Shown here: positions 27,604 to 37,088 of the stretch, piece after piece
Position numbering within the stretch: position 1 is the stretch's first letter
How the letters are laid out: each line of letters starts with the position of its first letter
Assembly (NCBI GenBank): GCA_030066985.1
Contig: JASJAN010000001.1
Location: 69,976 to 133,975 of the forward strand
Source of the DNA: Desulfobacterales bacterium
GTDB taxonomy: Bacteria; Desulfobacterota; Desulfobacteria; Desulfobacterales; JAHEIW01
Direction: 5' to 3'
DNA length: 64,000 bases
The notes under the pieces: generated by a model
The model's database searches: none
What the model saw: the letters and a program-made list of their open reading frames with translations, nothing else
What the model was told of the DNA's origin: nothing
Program-made: the position numbers and the translations under genes

Positions 27604-27753
27604 GTTTCAGGTATCTATACTGATTTGGTTTCAGGTGTCAGGTGTCAGTATCAATAAGACTGAAATCTAAAAACAACAAAATCATTGCGACAGTGGCTGC
27701 TACTGAGTGACAAAAGCCAGAAATGGGCCGTCGAAGGCCTGACACCTGAAACC
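27604..27753. repeat. ~150-nt GGTGTCAG-family element (element E)
   Basis: Left end ggtttcaggtgtcaggtgtcag and right end cgaaggcctgacacctgaaacc. The internal spacer is recognisably similar to that of element H. Confidence 0.75.
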
Positions 27754-27766
27754 TATTTATTTTGAG

Positions 27767-28924
27767 ATGCACCCCAGGATGCTGAATTTAACACCTATGA
27801 AAGCAAATGAAAAAACACGGTCGTTACTTTCCGGTCTCAGAAGAATTTTAGGTATTACGGTCGTGCTGTTGTGGTCATCAACTTGCCTTCAGTGCCGCTC
27901 ACTGCCCTATTATGAACAGGCCATTGACGGTCAAATGCAGATTTTGCAGAAACGACAGCCGATTGCTGATCTGATCGAAGATCCGCAAACACCACCAGAA
28001 CTGCGAGACAAACTTAAATTTATCCAATCCGTAAGAGAATTTGCCGAAAAAGAGCTCCTGCTGCCGGTCAATGGTCATTATTTAAGCTATGTGGAACTGG
28101 ACCGTCCCTATGTGGTCTGGAATGTATTCGCTGCGCCGGAATTGTCATTGACGCCCAAAACCTGGTGTTTTCCGATCGTCGGCTGCGTAATCTATCGCGG
28201 GTATTTTAAGGAGGCCGATGCCCGCCGCTTTGCCGATGGTTTAGCTCAACAGGGGCTTGATGTGTACATCGGCGGTGCAATAGCCTATTCGACCCTCGGC
28301 TGGTTTGATGATCCGGTCTTGAGCACCTTTGTTCACCTGAGTGATACCGATACGGTCGCGCTCATATTTCATGAACTGGCCCATGGACTGCTGTACATAC
28401 CGGATGATACCGCCTTTAACGAAAGCTTTGCAACCGCAGTTGAACAGGAAGGTCTTAAACGCTGGCAAATGGCCACCAACCGGGCCAAAGGCTATCCAGA
28501 ATGGCAAAGCAAGCGGCATCAACGTCAAAAATTCATTGCCCTGGTTTCAAAATATCGGACCCAACTAAAGCAGGTATATGAAAGCAGTCTGTCAACAGAG
28601 GAAAAACGAGACCAAAAAGCAGCCATTTTCAACCGGATGCGGTCCGAATTCAGGACCGTCAGCACCACGCATCACGAAATGGCCGTTTATAGTGCCTGGT
28701 TTCAGAAGCCATTAAACAATGCACAATTGATCAGTGTGTCAACCTATCATGATTGGGAACCGGCCTTTAGCCAAATGCTGTCCGATAGCAAGGGTGACCT
28801 GGAAAAATTTTATGAAAAATGTCGGCAACTTGCGGAAAAAGAGCCGCAGGAACGGCAGCGCGTTTTAACCCAGGCCCTTCAGAATGCGCAACCCACTGAA
28901 CATCGCAGCAAAGTGATCCAGTGA
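27767..28924 (+). CDS. Predicted zinc aminopeptidase (Aminopep/PF10023-like); exported
   Basis: N-terminal hydrophobic leader, HELAH zinc motif (IFHELAHGLLY) and NESFA downstream. The exact start among M1, M5 and M11 is uncertain. Confidence 0.7.
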   Translation: MHPRMLNLTPMKANEKTRSLLSGLRRILGITVVLLWSSTCLQCRSLPYYEQAIDGQMQILQKRQPIADLIEDPQTPPELRDKLKFIQSVREFAEKELLLPVNGHYLSYVELDRPYVVWNVFAAPELSLTPKTWCFPIVGCVIYRGYFKEADARRFADGLAQQGLDVYIGGAIAYSTLGWFDDPVLSTFVHLSDTDTVALIFHELAHGLLYIPDDTAFNESFATAVEQEGLKRWQMATNRAKGYPEWQSKRHQRQKFIALVSKYRTQLKQVYESSLSTEEKRDQKAAIFNRMRSEFRTVSTTHHEMAVYSAWFQKPLNNAQLISVSTYHDWEPAFSQMLSDSKGDLEKFYEKCRQLAEKEPQERQRVLTQALQNAQPTEHRSKVIQ

Positions 28925-29236
28925 AAACCGAAAATTTGGGAATTTAGTAAAATTAAAAGACGCACCGGCTTGAAGATGGATTGAAAGGTTGACGGATACC
29001 GCATTTTCAACTAAAATATCCACAGACAGCAAAAGAAAAATGTTAAAGGATTTCATACCTCTTACAAAGAATTGAATGGTTCCGCCGCTTCTAATTTTTT
29101 GCACCTGATTCCTCTGAATGATCAATCAAAAACCTGCGCAACCAAGCGGATCTTGAGATATAGGGCGGTGACAGCCTTTAGATGCTGTTCTTTGGTCTTT
29201 ATTCATCCATTTCAAAGGATTTAAAGGCGGTTATAG

Positions 29237-30964
29237 ATGTATAATAAGTTTTTTGGTTTTAAAGAAAAGCCCTTCAAACTGGTGCCAAATCCGGCTTATT
29301 TTTATTTAAGTAAAAGCCATGAGGAAGCAATGGCCCATTTGAATTATGCGATTTCCCAGGGAGACGGGTTCGTTGAAATTACCGGAGAGGTCGGAACAGG
29401 GAAAACCACCCTGTGCCGAACTTTTCTTGAAAGCCTCAACGGCAGTGTAGAAGCGGCCTACATCTTCAATCCCAAAATGGGCCCCAGACAGTTGCTGAAA
29501 ACCATCATTGAAGAATTTGGTATCCAGGTCCGCAGTGACAACACCAAAGATTTAATTGATCTGCTGAATGCCTTCCTGATCAAAAAGAAGGCCAGTGGAA
29601 AAAAAGTGATCCTGCTCATCGACGAGGCCCAGAATTTAAATCGCAACGTTTTGGAACAATTGCGACTGCTTTCCAATTTAGAAACCAATCGGGACAAGCT
29701 GTTGCAGATTATCCTGGTCGGACAGCCCGAACTTTCAGAAATGCTTAATTCTCACGCGCTGCGGCAGGTCGGCCAAAGAATCACGCTCAGCTATCGCCTG
29801 AGTCCATTAACATTTAATGAGTGCAAGGAATACATCCAGTACCGCATTAACATCGCCGCCCAAAAATCGGCCATAAAATTTGACCGATCCGCTTATCGCC
29901 AAATTTTTAAATACTCAAAAGGTATACCGCGCTTAATCAACATTGTTTGTGACCGCTCCTTGCTAACCGCCTTCGTTTTGAATCAGTTTAAAATATCAGC
30001 CAGTATTGCCAAAGCATCGGTAAAAGAGCTTGCCACTCGAGGGCAGGTAAAAAGCAGCGGCATTACTACCGGCAAATGGGCGCTGGTTGGCATTTCAATG
30101 TTGAGCATTGTGTTTCTGGTTGTCGTCTTTTATCAACCGATTCGGGATACCATCATGGCGACGATCACGGGCCCTGACGATTTGGAAACACCCGTTGTGG
30201 CCCAAACCGCTGCGGTGAAAACCGAAGCCAAAGCGCCGGCACCGAGCGCTGACATCAGCGATCCTATCAAACCGACAACAGCACCGCCAGCGGAAAACCG
30301 TGTTTCAACAATGAGTTTGGCCGATTACTTAATGCACATGGATGGACCCAGTTCTCGCCAACCGGCTTTACAGCAAGCGATGAAGCTATGGCAAACAGGC
30401 GCTCAGTTTACGCCCCATTTAAATGATATTAATGATGATCAGACCTACTTTCGCCTTTCGGCCAAACCCAACGGAATGTTTATCCATCGTCTCGAAACCG
30501 ATATGGTATTTTTAAAGAAATTAAATTTGCCCGCCATACTCGAATTTTATCCACCTGGCAGTTCAAGTCCGGGGTATCTGACGTTAAGTCGACTGGACGG
30601 TGATGCAATTATGCTAAAAGGCAAAAATAAAACGGATTGGATTGTCACCGATTTAGAGGAACTCGAATTCTACTGGTCCGGCGTTGCCTATCTGCCCTGG
30701 AAAAATTATCATTCTATTTGGGGGACCATACCAACGCAGTCGTATAAGGATTCGGTCATAACGCTGAAATTGCTGTTGCAGGATATCGGTTTTGAGAATG
30801 TGGCCATCGATGAAAAATATGACGAATTCACCCAAAACGCGGTGGAATCCATTCAAGCCAAATATGGCATTCCGGTAGACGGATATGTTGGCCCGTTGAC
30901 CAAAATCATCCTTTACAGAGAAAAAAATTCCTTTAGCATGCCACAGCTGTACGCGCCCAGATGA
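29237..30964 (+). CDS. ExeA/GspA-like AAA+ ATPase with C-terminal peptidoglycan-binding domain
   Basis: N-terminus FFGFKEKPF, Walker A GEVGTGKTT, Walker B LLIDEAQNL, one TM segment and a PG_binding_1-like AVESIQAKYGIPVDGYVGPLT. Confidence 0.85.
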   Translation: MYNKFFGFKEKPFKLVPNPAYFYLSKSHEEAMAHLNYAISQGDGFVEITGEVGTGKTTLCRTFLESLNGSVEAAYIFNPKMGPRQLLKTIIEEFGIQVRSDNTKDLIDLLNAFLIKKKASGKKVILLIDEAQNLNRNVLEQLRLLSNLETNRDKLLQIILVGQPELSEMLNSHALRQVGQRITLSYRLSPLTFNECKEYIQYRINIAAQKSAIKFDRSAYRQIFKYSKGIPRLINIVCDRSLLTAFVLNQFKISASIAKASVKELATRGQVKSSGITTGKWALVGISMLSIVFLVVVFYQPIRDTIMATITGPDDLETPVVAQTAAVKTEAKAPAPSADISDPIKPTTAPPAENRVSTMSLADYLMHMDGPSSRQPALQQAMKLWQTGAQFTPHLNDINDDQTYFRLSAKPNGMFIHRLETDMVFLKKLNLPAILEFYPPGSSSPGYLTLSRLDGDAIMLKGKNKTDWIVTDLEELEFYWSGVAYLPWKNYHSIWGTIPTQSYKDSVITLKLLLQDIGFENVAIDEKYDEFTQNAVESIQAKYGIPVDGYVGPLTKIILYREKNSFSMPQLYAPR

Positions 30965-31049
30965 CCCTATTTGGGATAAAAATATGATAAAGCGGTTACC
31001 TTGAACAGACGTGTCGACCCTTTTAAAATTAAGTTGATGTGTTTCTCGT

Positions 31050-31085
31050 AAAAACACGAAAATAGGGTTTTTTTTCGTGTTTTTA
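31050..31085 (+). terminator. Weak A/T-rich hairpin downstream of the exeA-like gene
   Basis: aaaacacgaaaa / ttttcgtgtttt 12-bp stem with only 3 GC pairs. The T-run is part of the stem. Confidence 0.3.
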
Positions 31086-31159
31086 TTCTTTCAAACTTAG
31101 ACGCGTTCAGCTGCGGCTCGGTCGGACTTTTAGCTTCAAAAACTAAGGATCTTAAAAGT

Positions 31160-31978
31160 TTGAGTACCATTTTAAAAGCATTAAAACGAGTTGACCAAAC
31201 CACACCGCCACCGGACGATTTACAGTCCGGGCCGCCGATAATCGATACCAAAGAGGCCGTAAAAGGTCGTGTGTTTCGGATCTGGCTGCGGCACAAGGTG
31301 GTTTGGGTGCTGATCCTTTTAGGGGTTGTCATCGGCGCTGGATGGCTGATCTTCAACCAAAAAGACCGGCTCCTCACCAGAATTGGGTCACCCGGTCGAT
31401 CTGAAAAACCCCCGGTTTTCCAGGCTAAAATAGAGCCCCAACCAGGGCAATCAAAACGCCCGGGTCCCCAACCGACAACAGCGCTAAATCAGCAAAAAAA
31501 ACCAAGCAGGGCAACATCTGAGGGTGAGCGAGTCGGCACTAACCGAGGGCGCACCGAATCTCTCCAATCTCAGTTAAGGCAGAAAAATCAGACAAGACAA
31601 ATGACATCATCCGAACCACAGGCCCGCGCTGCTGAGAAGGAACCGACCGCTAAACCCAGCAGATCTCGCAGACCCGTTTCAATTACAAGGAAAGCGGAAC
31701 AGCGTGAAACCCGATCTCTTGGAGCTGTGCCGGCGAAAAAATCACCATCAAGGTCCGCCCGGGCCACAAGATCCTACCAGAAACTGGATAACGACAGTTT
31801 AAAACTGCAAGCCATTGCCTGGTCAAAGGTTGCTTCACAACGGATTGCGGTCATCAACGACCGCATCGTGCGAGAAGGCGAATCAATAGAAGGCTTTTCC
31901 ATCAACCAAATCCGTCAGGAAGATGTGATCGTCAACGACGGCAGCCAAACCTGGCAACTTGAATTTGGGTTGCGGTAA
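31160..31978 (+). CDS. GspB/ExeB-like protein (T2SS-B C-terminal domain) with a long basic low-complexity linker
   Basis: TTG start. N-terminus MSTILKALKRV resembles the GspB N-terminus. It has a TM segment and a C-terminus LKLQAIAWSKVASQRIAVINDRIVREGESIEGFSI. Confidence 0.7.
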   Translation: MSTILKALKRVDQTTPPPDDLQSGPPIIDTKEAVKGRVFRIWLRHKVVWVLILLGVVIGAGWLIFNQKDRLLTRIGSPGRSEKPPVFQAKIEPQPGQSKRPGPQPTTALNQQKKPSRATSEGERVGTNRGRTESLQSQLRQKNQTRQMTSSEPQARAAEKEPTAKPSRSRRPVSITRKAEQRETRSLGAVPAKKSPSRSARATRSYQKLDNDSLKLQAIAWSKVASQRIAVINDRIVREGESIEGFSINQIRQEDVIVNDGSQTWQLEFGLR

Positions 31979-32046
31979 GCGACCCCGAAACCGGCCATCT
32001 GCATTAGGCAAAGCCGGTATTGTTGATGCGCAAACCACCACTTTAG

Positions 32047-34581
32047 ATGCCTATGGATATTAAACGCGTTTTGAGTTCCAGCCGTGCGGTCTGCCTGTTG
32101 CTGATGATCGCCATTTTAGCGGCAATGCTTTTGGGCTTCAGGCCGCTGCTGCTACTTGAATATAAGGCATATGATCTGATGTCGGGGTTGAGGAACAGGA
32201 CCGCCGGAACGCCAGTTGTCATGGTTACCATCGATGATCGGAGTCTACAGCAAGTGGGGGATTGGCCCTGGCCGCGGTCTTATATGGCCAAGATCATTAA
32301 CATCCTCTCCAAAAACGGTGCGCACACGCTGGGCATCTCCGTTTTATACCGCAGCCGGGAGTTGAATGCCGGCAGTGTTGAAATTCAAGATCTCAGAGAA
32401 ACACTTCGCCAAAAACCGCCATCCAAACAAATACAAACGCTGGAAAAAATTGACGGACTGCTGGCCCAAATGCAAGGCCGACTTGATCACGATGCACAGT
32501 TGATCTCTGCAGTTCGATCGGCTCGCAATGTCGTCTTGCCTCTGCGATTTATGTTGCAGGATTCAGATGCCAATACACCGGCGCCTCTGTCGGGCTGGTT
32601 AAAAATGAATTCGATCCAATTGAGCCCCAAGCCCGTAGAACAAAACCTGCCGGTCAAAGCGGCCGCATTCTTGTTGAATGGGCGCTCCAGCAAACCCATC
32701 CGGGTCTCTGAGGTGCAACAACCCTTTCTTGAGCTGTCAAAAAAATCAGGTGCATTGGGACACCTTAACCTGACAGCCGATCCGGATAATAAGATTCGCC
32801 GCATTCCGCTGTTGATTAGCTTTCAAGACCGAGAATTTCTTTCATTGGCGCTGCAGGTCGCTCTGAAATATTATGGTGTCCACATGCGGAACGTGCGGGA
32901 GCAGCCTTCAGGTCTAAAAATAAGGCAGCTGAGCATCCCCACCATTGGGCCGCATCATATGCTGATTGATTTCAGCGGCCAGGCGGCCAACATCCAAAAA
33001 ATATCAGCTATCGACGTACTCGAAGGAAAAATCGAAAACAGACAATTTCGCAACAGGGTCGTTTTGCTCGGACTGACCGCTGATGCTTACGCTCTGCGCT
33101 ACCAAATACCGCGCTATGGTTTGGCCTCGGAGATTGAAATTACCGCCTGTGCGGTCGAAAACATGATCAATCGAAATCATATCGCCAGACCGGCATGGTT
33201 TCGGGTTCTGGAAATATTGGTGCTGTTATATTTCGGCTTTTTTTTGCTGGTGGTCATTCCCAAGGTCCCGCCACGAACCGGGATGCTCATCTTTGCCTTA
33301 TTTTTGACGATTTGGATGGGTGTTGCCATACTGCTGTTTGTGACCTCAGATCAATGGCTGCGCAGCATTACGCCAGCCCTGTTTGCTGTTGCGGGTTTCG
33401 CCTTTACCGGATGGTCGCGTATTTCCGATGCCAAGAAAGATGAGAGTGTTGAGTTAAACAAGTCGTTGGGACTGTCCCTACAGAGCCAGGGTATGTTGGA
33501 TATGGCTTTTGAAAAATTCTTAAAATGCCCGATTAACGAAAAATCGGTAAAAGCATTGCTCTATAACCTGGGACTGGATTTTGAGCGCAAAAGAATGTTC
33601 AACAAAGCGTTGGCGGTTTACCATCATATCCTAAAGGCCGGCGCATATAAAGACATCAAGCGACGGATAAAACAGCTGGAAAAAATTGAGCAGACCGTCG
33701 CCCTGCCGGTGGGGCAACATAAAAAGGATACCCCGCTCATATGGGCCGATTCAACCACCAAACCCACCCTGGGGCGTTACGAGATTATCAAAGAACTGGG
33801 TCACGGCGCCATGGGCACCGTCTATCTGGGCAGGGATCCGAGCATCAATCGAGAGGTGGCCATCAAAACGCTCAGCTATAGCGACGTTGAGGCCCAGCAG
33901 CTCAACGATGTGAAGGAACAATTTTTCCGCGAAGCCGAGGCCGCCGGTAAACTCTCACACCCCAACATCGTCACGATTTTTGATGTGGGCGAAGATCATG
34001 ATATGGCCTATATTGCCATGGAGTTGCTAAAGGGCAAAGAGCTAACGCATTTTTGCCAGAAAAACAGTTTGTTGCCGATCGATGGGGTCATGGGTGCGGG
34101 GCTTTCAGTAGCAGAGGCGCTCGCCTATGCCCACGCGCAAGGTGTCGTCCACCGGGATATTAAACCGGCCAACATTATCATGCTGGAAAATGATCAAATC
34201 AAGGTCGCCGATTTTGGTATTGCACGCGTCATGAGTTCGTCAACCAAAACTGAAACAGGGGTTATTTTCGGCACCCCAAACTATATGTCGCCGGAACAGG
34301 TGTCCGGTAAAAAAGTTGACGGCCGCTCGGATCTTTTCTCCCTGGGAATTGTTTTATACGAAATGCTCAGCGCTGAAAAACCTTTCAAAGGCGAAAATAT
34401 TACAGCCCTTTTATACGCCATCACCCATAATAACTACGAACCGCTGTCAAAAGTTGCGTCCCAAATTCCGAAATGCTGTGTAAATCTGATTGATAAATTG
34501 TTGCGCAAAGGTGTCAGCAAGCGATACCAGTCCGCCACCCATGTTATCAAAGACATCAACCGCTGCCGGCAGGAATTGTAA
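32047..34581 (+). CDS. CHASE2 sensor - transmembrane - TPR-like - Ser/Thr protein kinase
   Basis: CHASE2 hallmark GDWPWPR, 3-4 TM helices around residues 385-470, and C-terminal Hanks kinase motifs VAIKTL, HRDIKPANI, DFGIA and SPEQ. Confidence 0.85.
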   Translation: MPMDIKRVLSSSRAVCLLLMIAILAAMLLGFRPLLLLEYKAYDLMSGLRNRTAGTPVVMVTIDDRSLQQVGDWPWPRSYMAKIINILSKNGAHTLGISVLYRSRELNAGSVEIQDLRETLRQKPPSKQIQTLEKIDGLLAQMQGRLDHDAQLISAVRSARNVVLPLRFMLQDSDANTPAPLSGWLKMNSIQLSPKPVEQNLPVKAAAFLLNGRSSKPIRVSEVQQPFLELSKKSGALGHLNLTADPDNKIRRIPLLISFQDREFLSLALQVALKYYGVHMRNVREQPSGLKIRQLSIPTIGPHHMLIDFSGQAANIQKISAIDVLEGKIENRQFRNRVVLLGLTADAYALRYQIPRYGLASEIEITACAVENMINRNHIARPAWFRVLEILVLLYFGFFLLVVIPKVPPRTGMLIFALFLTIWMGVAILLFVTSDQWLRSITPALFAVAGFAFTGWSRISDAKKDESVELNKSLGLSLQSQGMLDMAFEKFLKCPINEKSVKALLYNLGLDFERKRMFNKALAVYHHILKAGAYKDIKRRIKQLEKIEQTVALPVGQHKKDTPLIWADSTTKPTLGRYEIIKELGHGAMGTVYLGRDPSINREVAIKTLSYSDVEAQQLNDVKEQFFREAEAAGKLSHPNIVTIFDVGEDHDMAYIAMELLKGKELTHFCQKNSLLPIDGVMGAGLSVAEALAYAHAQGVVHRDIKPANIIMLENDQIKVADFGIARVMSSSTKTETGVIFGTPNYMSPEQVSGKKVDGRSDLFSLGIVLYEMLSAEKPFKGENITALLYAITHNNYEPLSKVASQIPKCCVNLIDKLLRKGVSKRYQSATHVIKDINRCRQEL

Positions 34582-34677
34582 AGACTTCAGAAATGTACTG
34601 CAGGGGATAAAAAAACATGATAAGATAGCTTATGAAGGTGGCGCAAAATTGCAGAATGATTCGGGAGGTCACTCAGC

Positions 34678-35028
34678 ATGCTAAAACTGGAACTAAAATT
34701 CAAAGGCAAAGTTCTTAAACAAATTGAAACCAATCAGAATGAAATCTGCATTGGTCGGAGCAACAACAACGACATTGTCATCGATAATTTGGCGGTTTCA
34801 AAAGAGCATGCCAAGATCATCAAATTGCCAGATGGCTATGGCCTGGTGGACCTCGATAGCACCAATGGCACCTTATTAAACAATAAGGACATTAAAAAAG
34901 CGAAATTAGTGCCGCAGGATGTTCTCACCATCGGCAAACACACCATAGAAATCAAGTCAACGGATGAAAAGAAAACCGTGGCTGCGGATCTGGCCGATAA
35001 AACCGTAAAAGTATCCTCATCAAAATAA
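34678..35028 (+). CDS. FHA domain protein
   Basis: GGGAGG SD. FHA core ICIGRSNNNDIVIDNLAVSKEHAKI...STNGTLLNN. Confidence 0.85.
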   Translation: MLKLELKFKGKVLKQIETNQNEICIGRSNNNDIVIDNLAVSKEHAKIIKLPDGYGLVDLDSTNGTLLNNKDIKKAKLVPQDVLTIGKHTIEIKSTDEKKTVAADLADKTVKVSSSK

Positions 35029-35341
35029 AAAGATCTGATTTAACGATACAAGCCTATCCCAAAAGATTCATCAACTCCAGGATCAAGTGTCTTTATTCTG
35101 CATTTCCATCGCTCAGATTGATCTTTATAGACGTTGACATCAGTACCAATCCCGCCTGAATCACTAGATGAATCGGCCATCCAAATGATCTTTTGGATCA
35201 ACGCTGCTAGCTGCATCAAAAAAACAGATCTGGAATCTAGTACCATCAGATTATCGGCAAAAGAACTAGCAATAGCACGTATATGTCAAAAACATCATCT
35301 GTTTATACTAGATCTTAAAGACGCCTAACCATAAATTATCC

Positions 35342-35370
35342 TTGACAAGCTATTGGATCTTGCATGTAAT
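35342..35370 (+). promoter_or_regulatory. Sigma70-type promoter (TTGACA-17-TGTAAT)
   Basis: TTGACA at 35342-35347, an exact 17-nt spacer and TGTAAT at 35365-35370. It lies ~33 nt upstream of ATG 35403. Confidence 0.5.
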
Positions 35371-35402
35371 GGATGATAAATACTAGGAAACGAGGTCCAA
35401 GG

Positions 35403-35861
35403 ATGAAGAGATATTCGATCGAAATTGATGAACGGCTTTGGCGTTACCTACAGAAACATGCTGAGCCGTTTGTCGACTCACCCAATTCGGTGTTAAGCCG
35501 CCTGCTGCTCGGTACTAGTACCGACCGGCCTCAAAAAGACGAATCCGCAGACATGCCGGCGCTCACAGTTGAAGGTGCACCCAAATCCCTGGCACAGATC
35601 CTGGAAGTCATGTATGAAATAGAAAACAACGGCTTTTCACGAATTGAAGCGACCAACCGAGTAGCTGAAAACAGAGGCACCGCCCCCCAAACCATCACTG
35701 ACAAGTACTGCCGACAACTGGGTAAGAAAGCGCATGAAATTGATCAGCTGCTAGCCGAGCCCGAATACCTGCAATTTAGGGAACTCCTCAAAACCAAGTT
35801 CAGCAGATATCATCAGATGATCGATACCTATTTTGAAAGCCTGCTGGCCGGCACGGGTTAA
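35403..35861 (+). CDS. Hypothetical protein; N-terminus is RHH-like (beta-alpha-alpha)
   Basis: MKRYSIEIDERLWRYLQKHAEPFVDSPNSVLSRLLLG, with no family recognised. The start was chosen downstream of the promoter and after GAGG. The ORF-track start 35373 would overlap the promoter. Confidence 0.55.
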   Translation: MKRYSIEIDERLWRYLQKHAEPFVDSPNSVLSRLLLGTSTDRPQKDESADMPALTVEGAPKSLAQILEVMYEIENNGFSRIEATNRVAENRGTAPQTITDKYCRQLGKKAHEIDQLLAEPEYLQFRELLKTKFSRYHQMIDTYFESLLAGTG

Positions 35862-35882
35862 CGGTACGGTAAGTGTCGTCGG

Positions 35883-37058
35883 TTAGGTCTGAGAAGCCTT
35901 CTGATAGAGAGGAGATATATCGCGCAGCGTCGTGACCACCTGCTTAAGGGCCTTTAGAAAGGTATCGATATCTTTTTCCGTATTATCGATCCCAAAAGAG
36001 ATAACCAGGGTTCCCTGCGCATCGGCATGACTGAGGCCCAAAGACAGCAGGACATGCGAGGCTCGCAATGAGCCGGTTGCACATGCAGAACGCGTCGATA
36101 CAGCGATATTTTCATCATCGAGCATCAGCATCACACTTTCCCCTTCGATATATTGAACCGAAATTGACACCAGATTGGGCAAGCTAAATTCTGGATGCGT
36201 ATTGACAATATATTCGTCGATGCTCTTAGGAAAATCGTTTAAGAGTTTGTTTTTTAAAGTTTTCAGATGCGCCAAGCGCTTGTCCATGTCCCGCACTGCA
36301 AGCTCTGCCGCTTTGCCAGTCCCGATAATGCCCACTAGATTCTCGGCACCGGCACGCTTATTGTTTTCCTGAACGCCGCCATCCAGCAGGGGAAATATAC
36401 GGGTGCCGCGGCGGATATACAGCCCCCCGACACCTGCCGGGCCATAAAACGTATTGGCCGCAAAGCTGAGCAAATCCACCCCCAGTTTTTGTACGTCCAT
36501 CGGCAGCACTCCAGCCGAATCCACCGCATCGGTGTGAAATATCACCTTTTTTTCACGGGTAATCTTGCCAATTTCCTCAATCGGTTGCAGAGTGCCGGTT
36601 TCGTTGTTGCTGTGCATAACAGACACCAGAATCGTTTCCTTGGTGATGGCATCGGCCACATCCTGCGGCTTCACACGCCCGTTGGCGTCCACCGGAAGCG
36701 AGGTAACGGCAAACCCGGCGGATTTGAGACGTCGTAAACTGCGGATGACGGCATTGTGCTCGATGTTGGAGGTAATGATGTGCTTGCCTTTATCTTCATT
36801 CGCCATGGCCACACCTTTGATGGCATGGTTGACGGACTCGGTTCCACCGGATGTAAAGACAATTTCCTTGGGTGTCTTGCAGTTCAGCAACTGCGCGACC
36901 GCTTCACGCGCGTTTTGAAGTGCCGCAGCAGCTTCTTCGCCCGATTTATGCTGGCTGGAGGGGTTGTGATAATCTTTTTCAATGGCCTCAATCATCACCT
37001 TTTTGATTTCCGGCAATAGCGGTTTGGCCGAAATATGGTCCAGATTGATAACTTTCAT
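35883..37058 (-). CDS. nifS: NifS/IscS-like class V aminotransferase-fold protein lacking the canonical PLP His-Lys
   Basis: TSGGTESVNHAIKG, ITSNIEHNAV, HSNNETG, HTDAVDSAG and Cys loop STRSACATGS are present. Where canonical enzymes read LSxSGHKxxGPKG, this protein reads LSFAANTFYGPAG (36438-36470). Confidence 0.8.
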   Translation of the reverse strand: MKVINLDHISAKPLLPEIKKVMIEAIEKDYHNPSSQHKSGEEAAAALQNAREAVAQLLNCKTPKEIVFTSGGTESVNHAIKGVAMANEDKGKHIITSNIEHNAVIRSLRRLKSAGFAVTSLPVDANGRVKPQDVADAITKETILVSVMHSNNETGTLQPIEEIGKITREKKVIFHTDAVDSAGVLPMDVQKLGVDLLSFAANTFYGPAGVGGLYIRRGTRIFPLLDGGVQENNKRAGAENLVGIIGTGKAAELAVRDMDKRLAHLKTLKNKLLNDFPKSIDEYIVNTHPEFSLPNLVSISVQYIEGESVMLMLDDENIAVSTRSACATGSLRASHVLLSLGLSHADAQGTLVISFGIDNTEKDIDTFLKALKQVVTTLRDISPLYQKASQT

Positions 37059-37088
37059 AATGACCTACCTTGCAACATCGCGGCAAAA

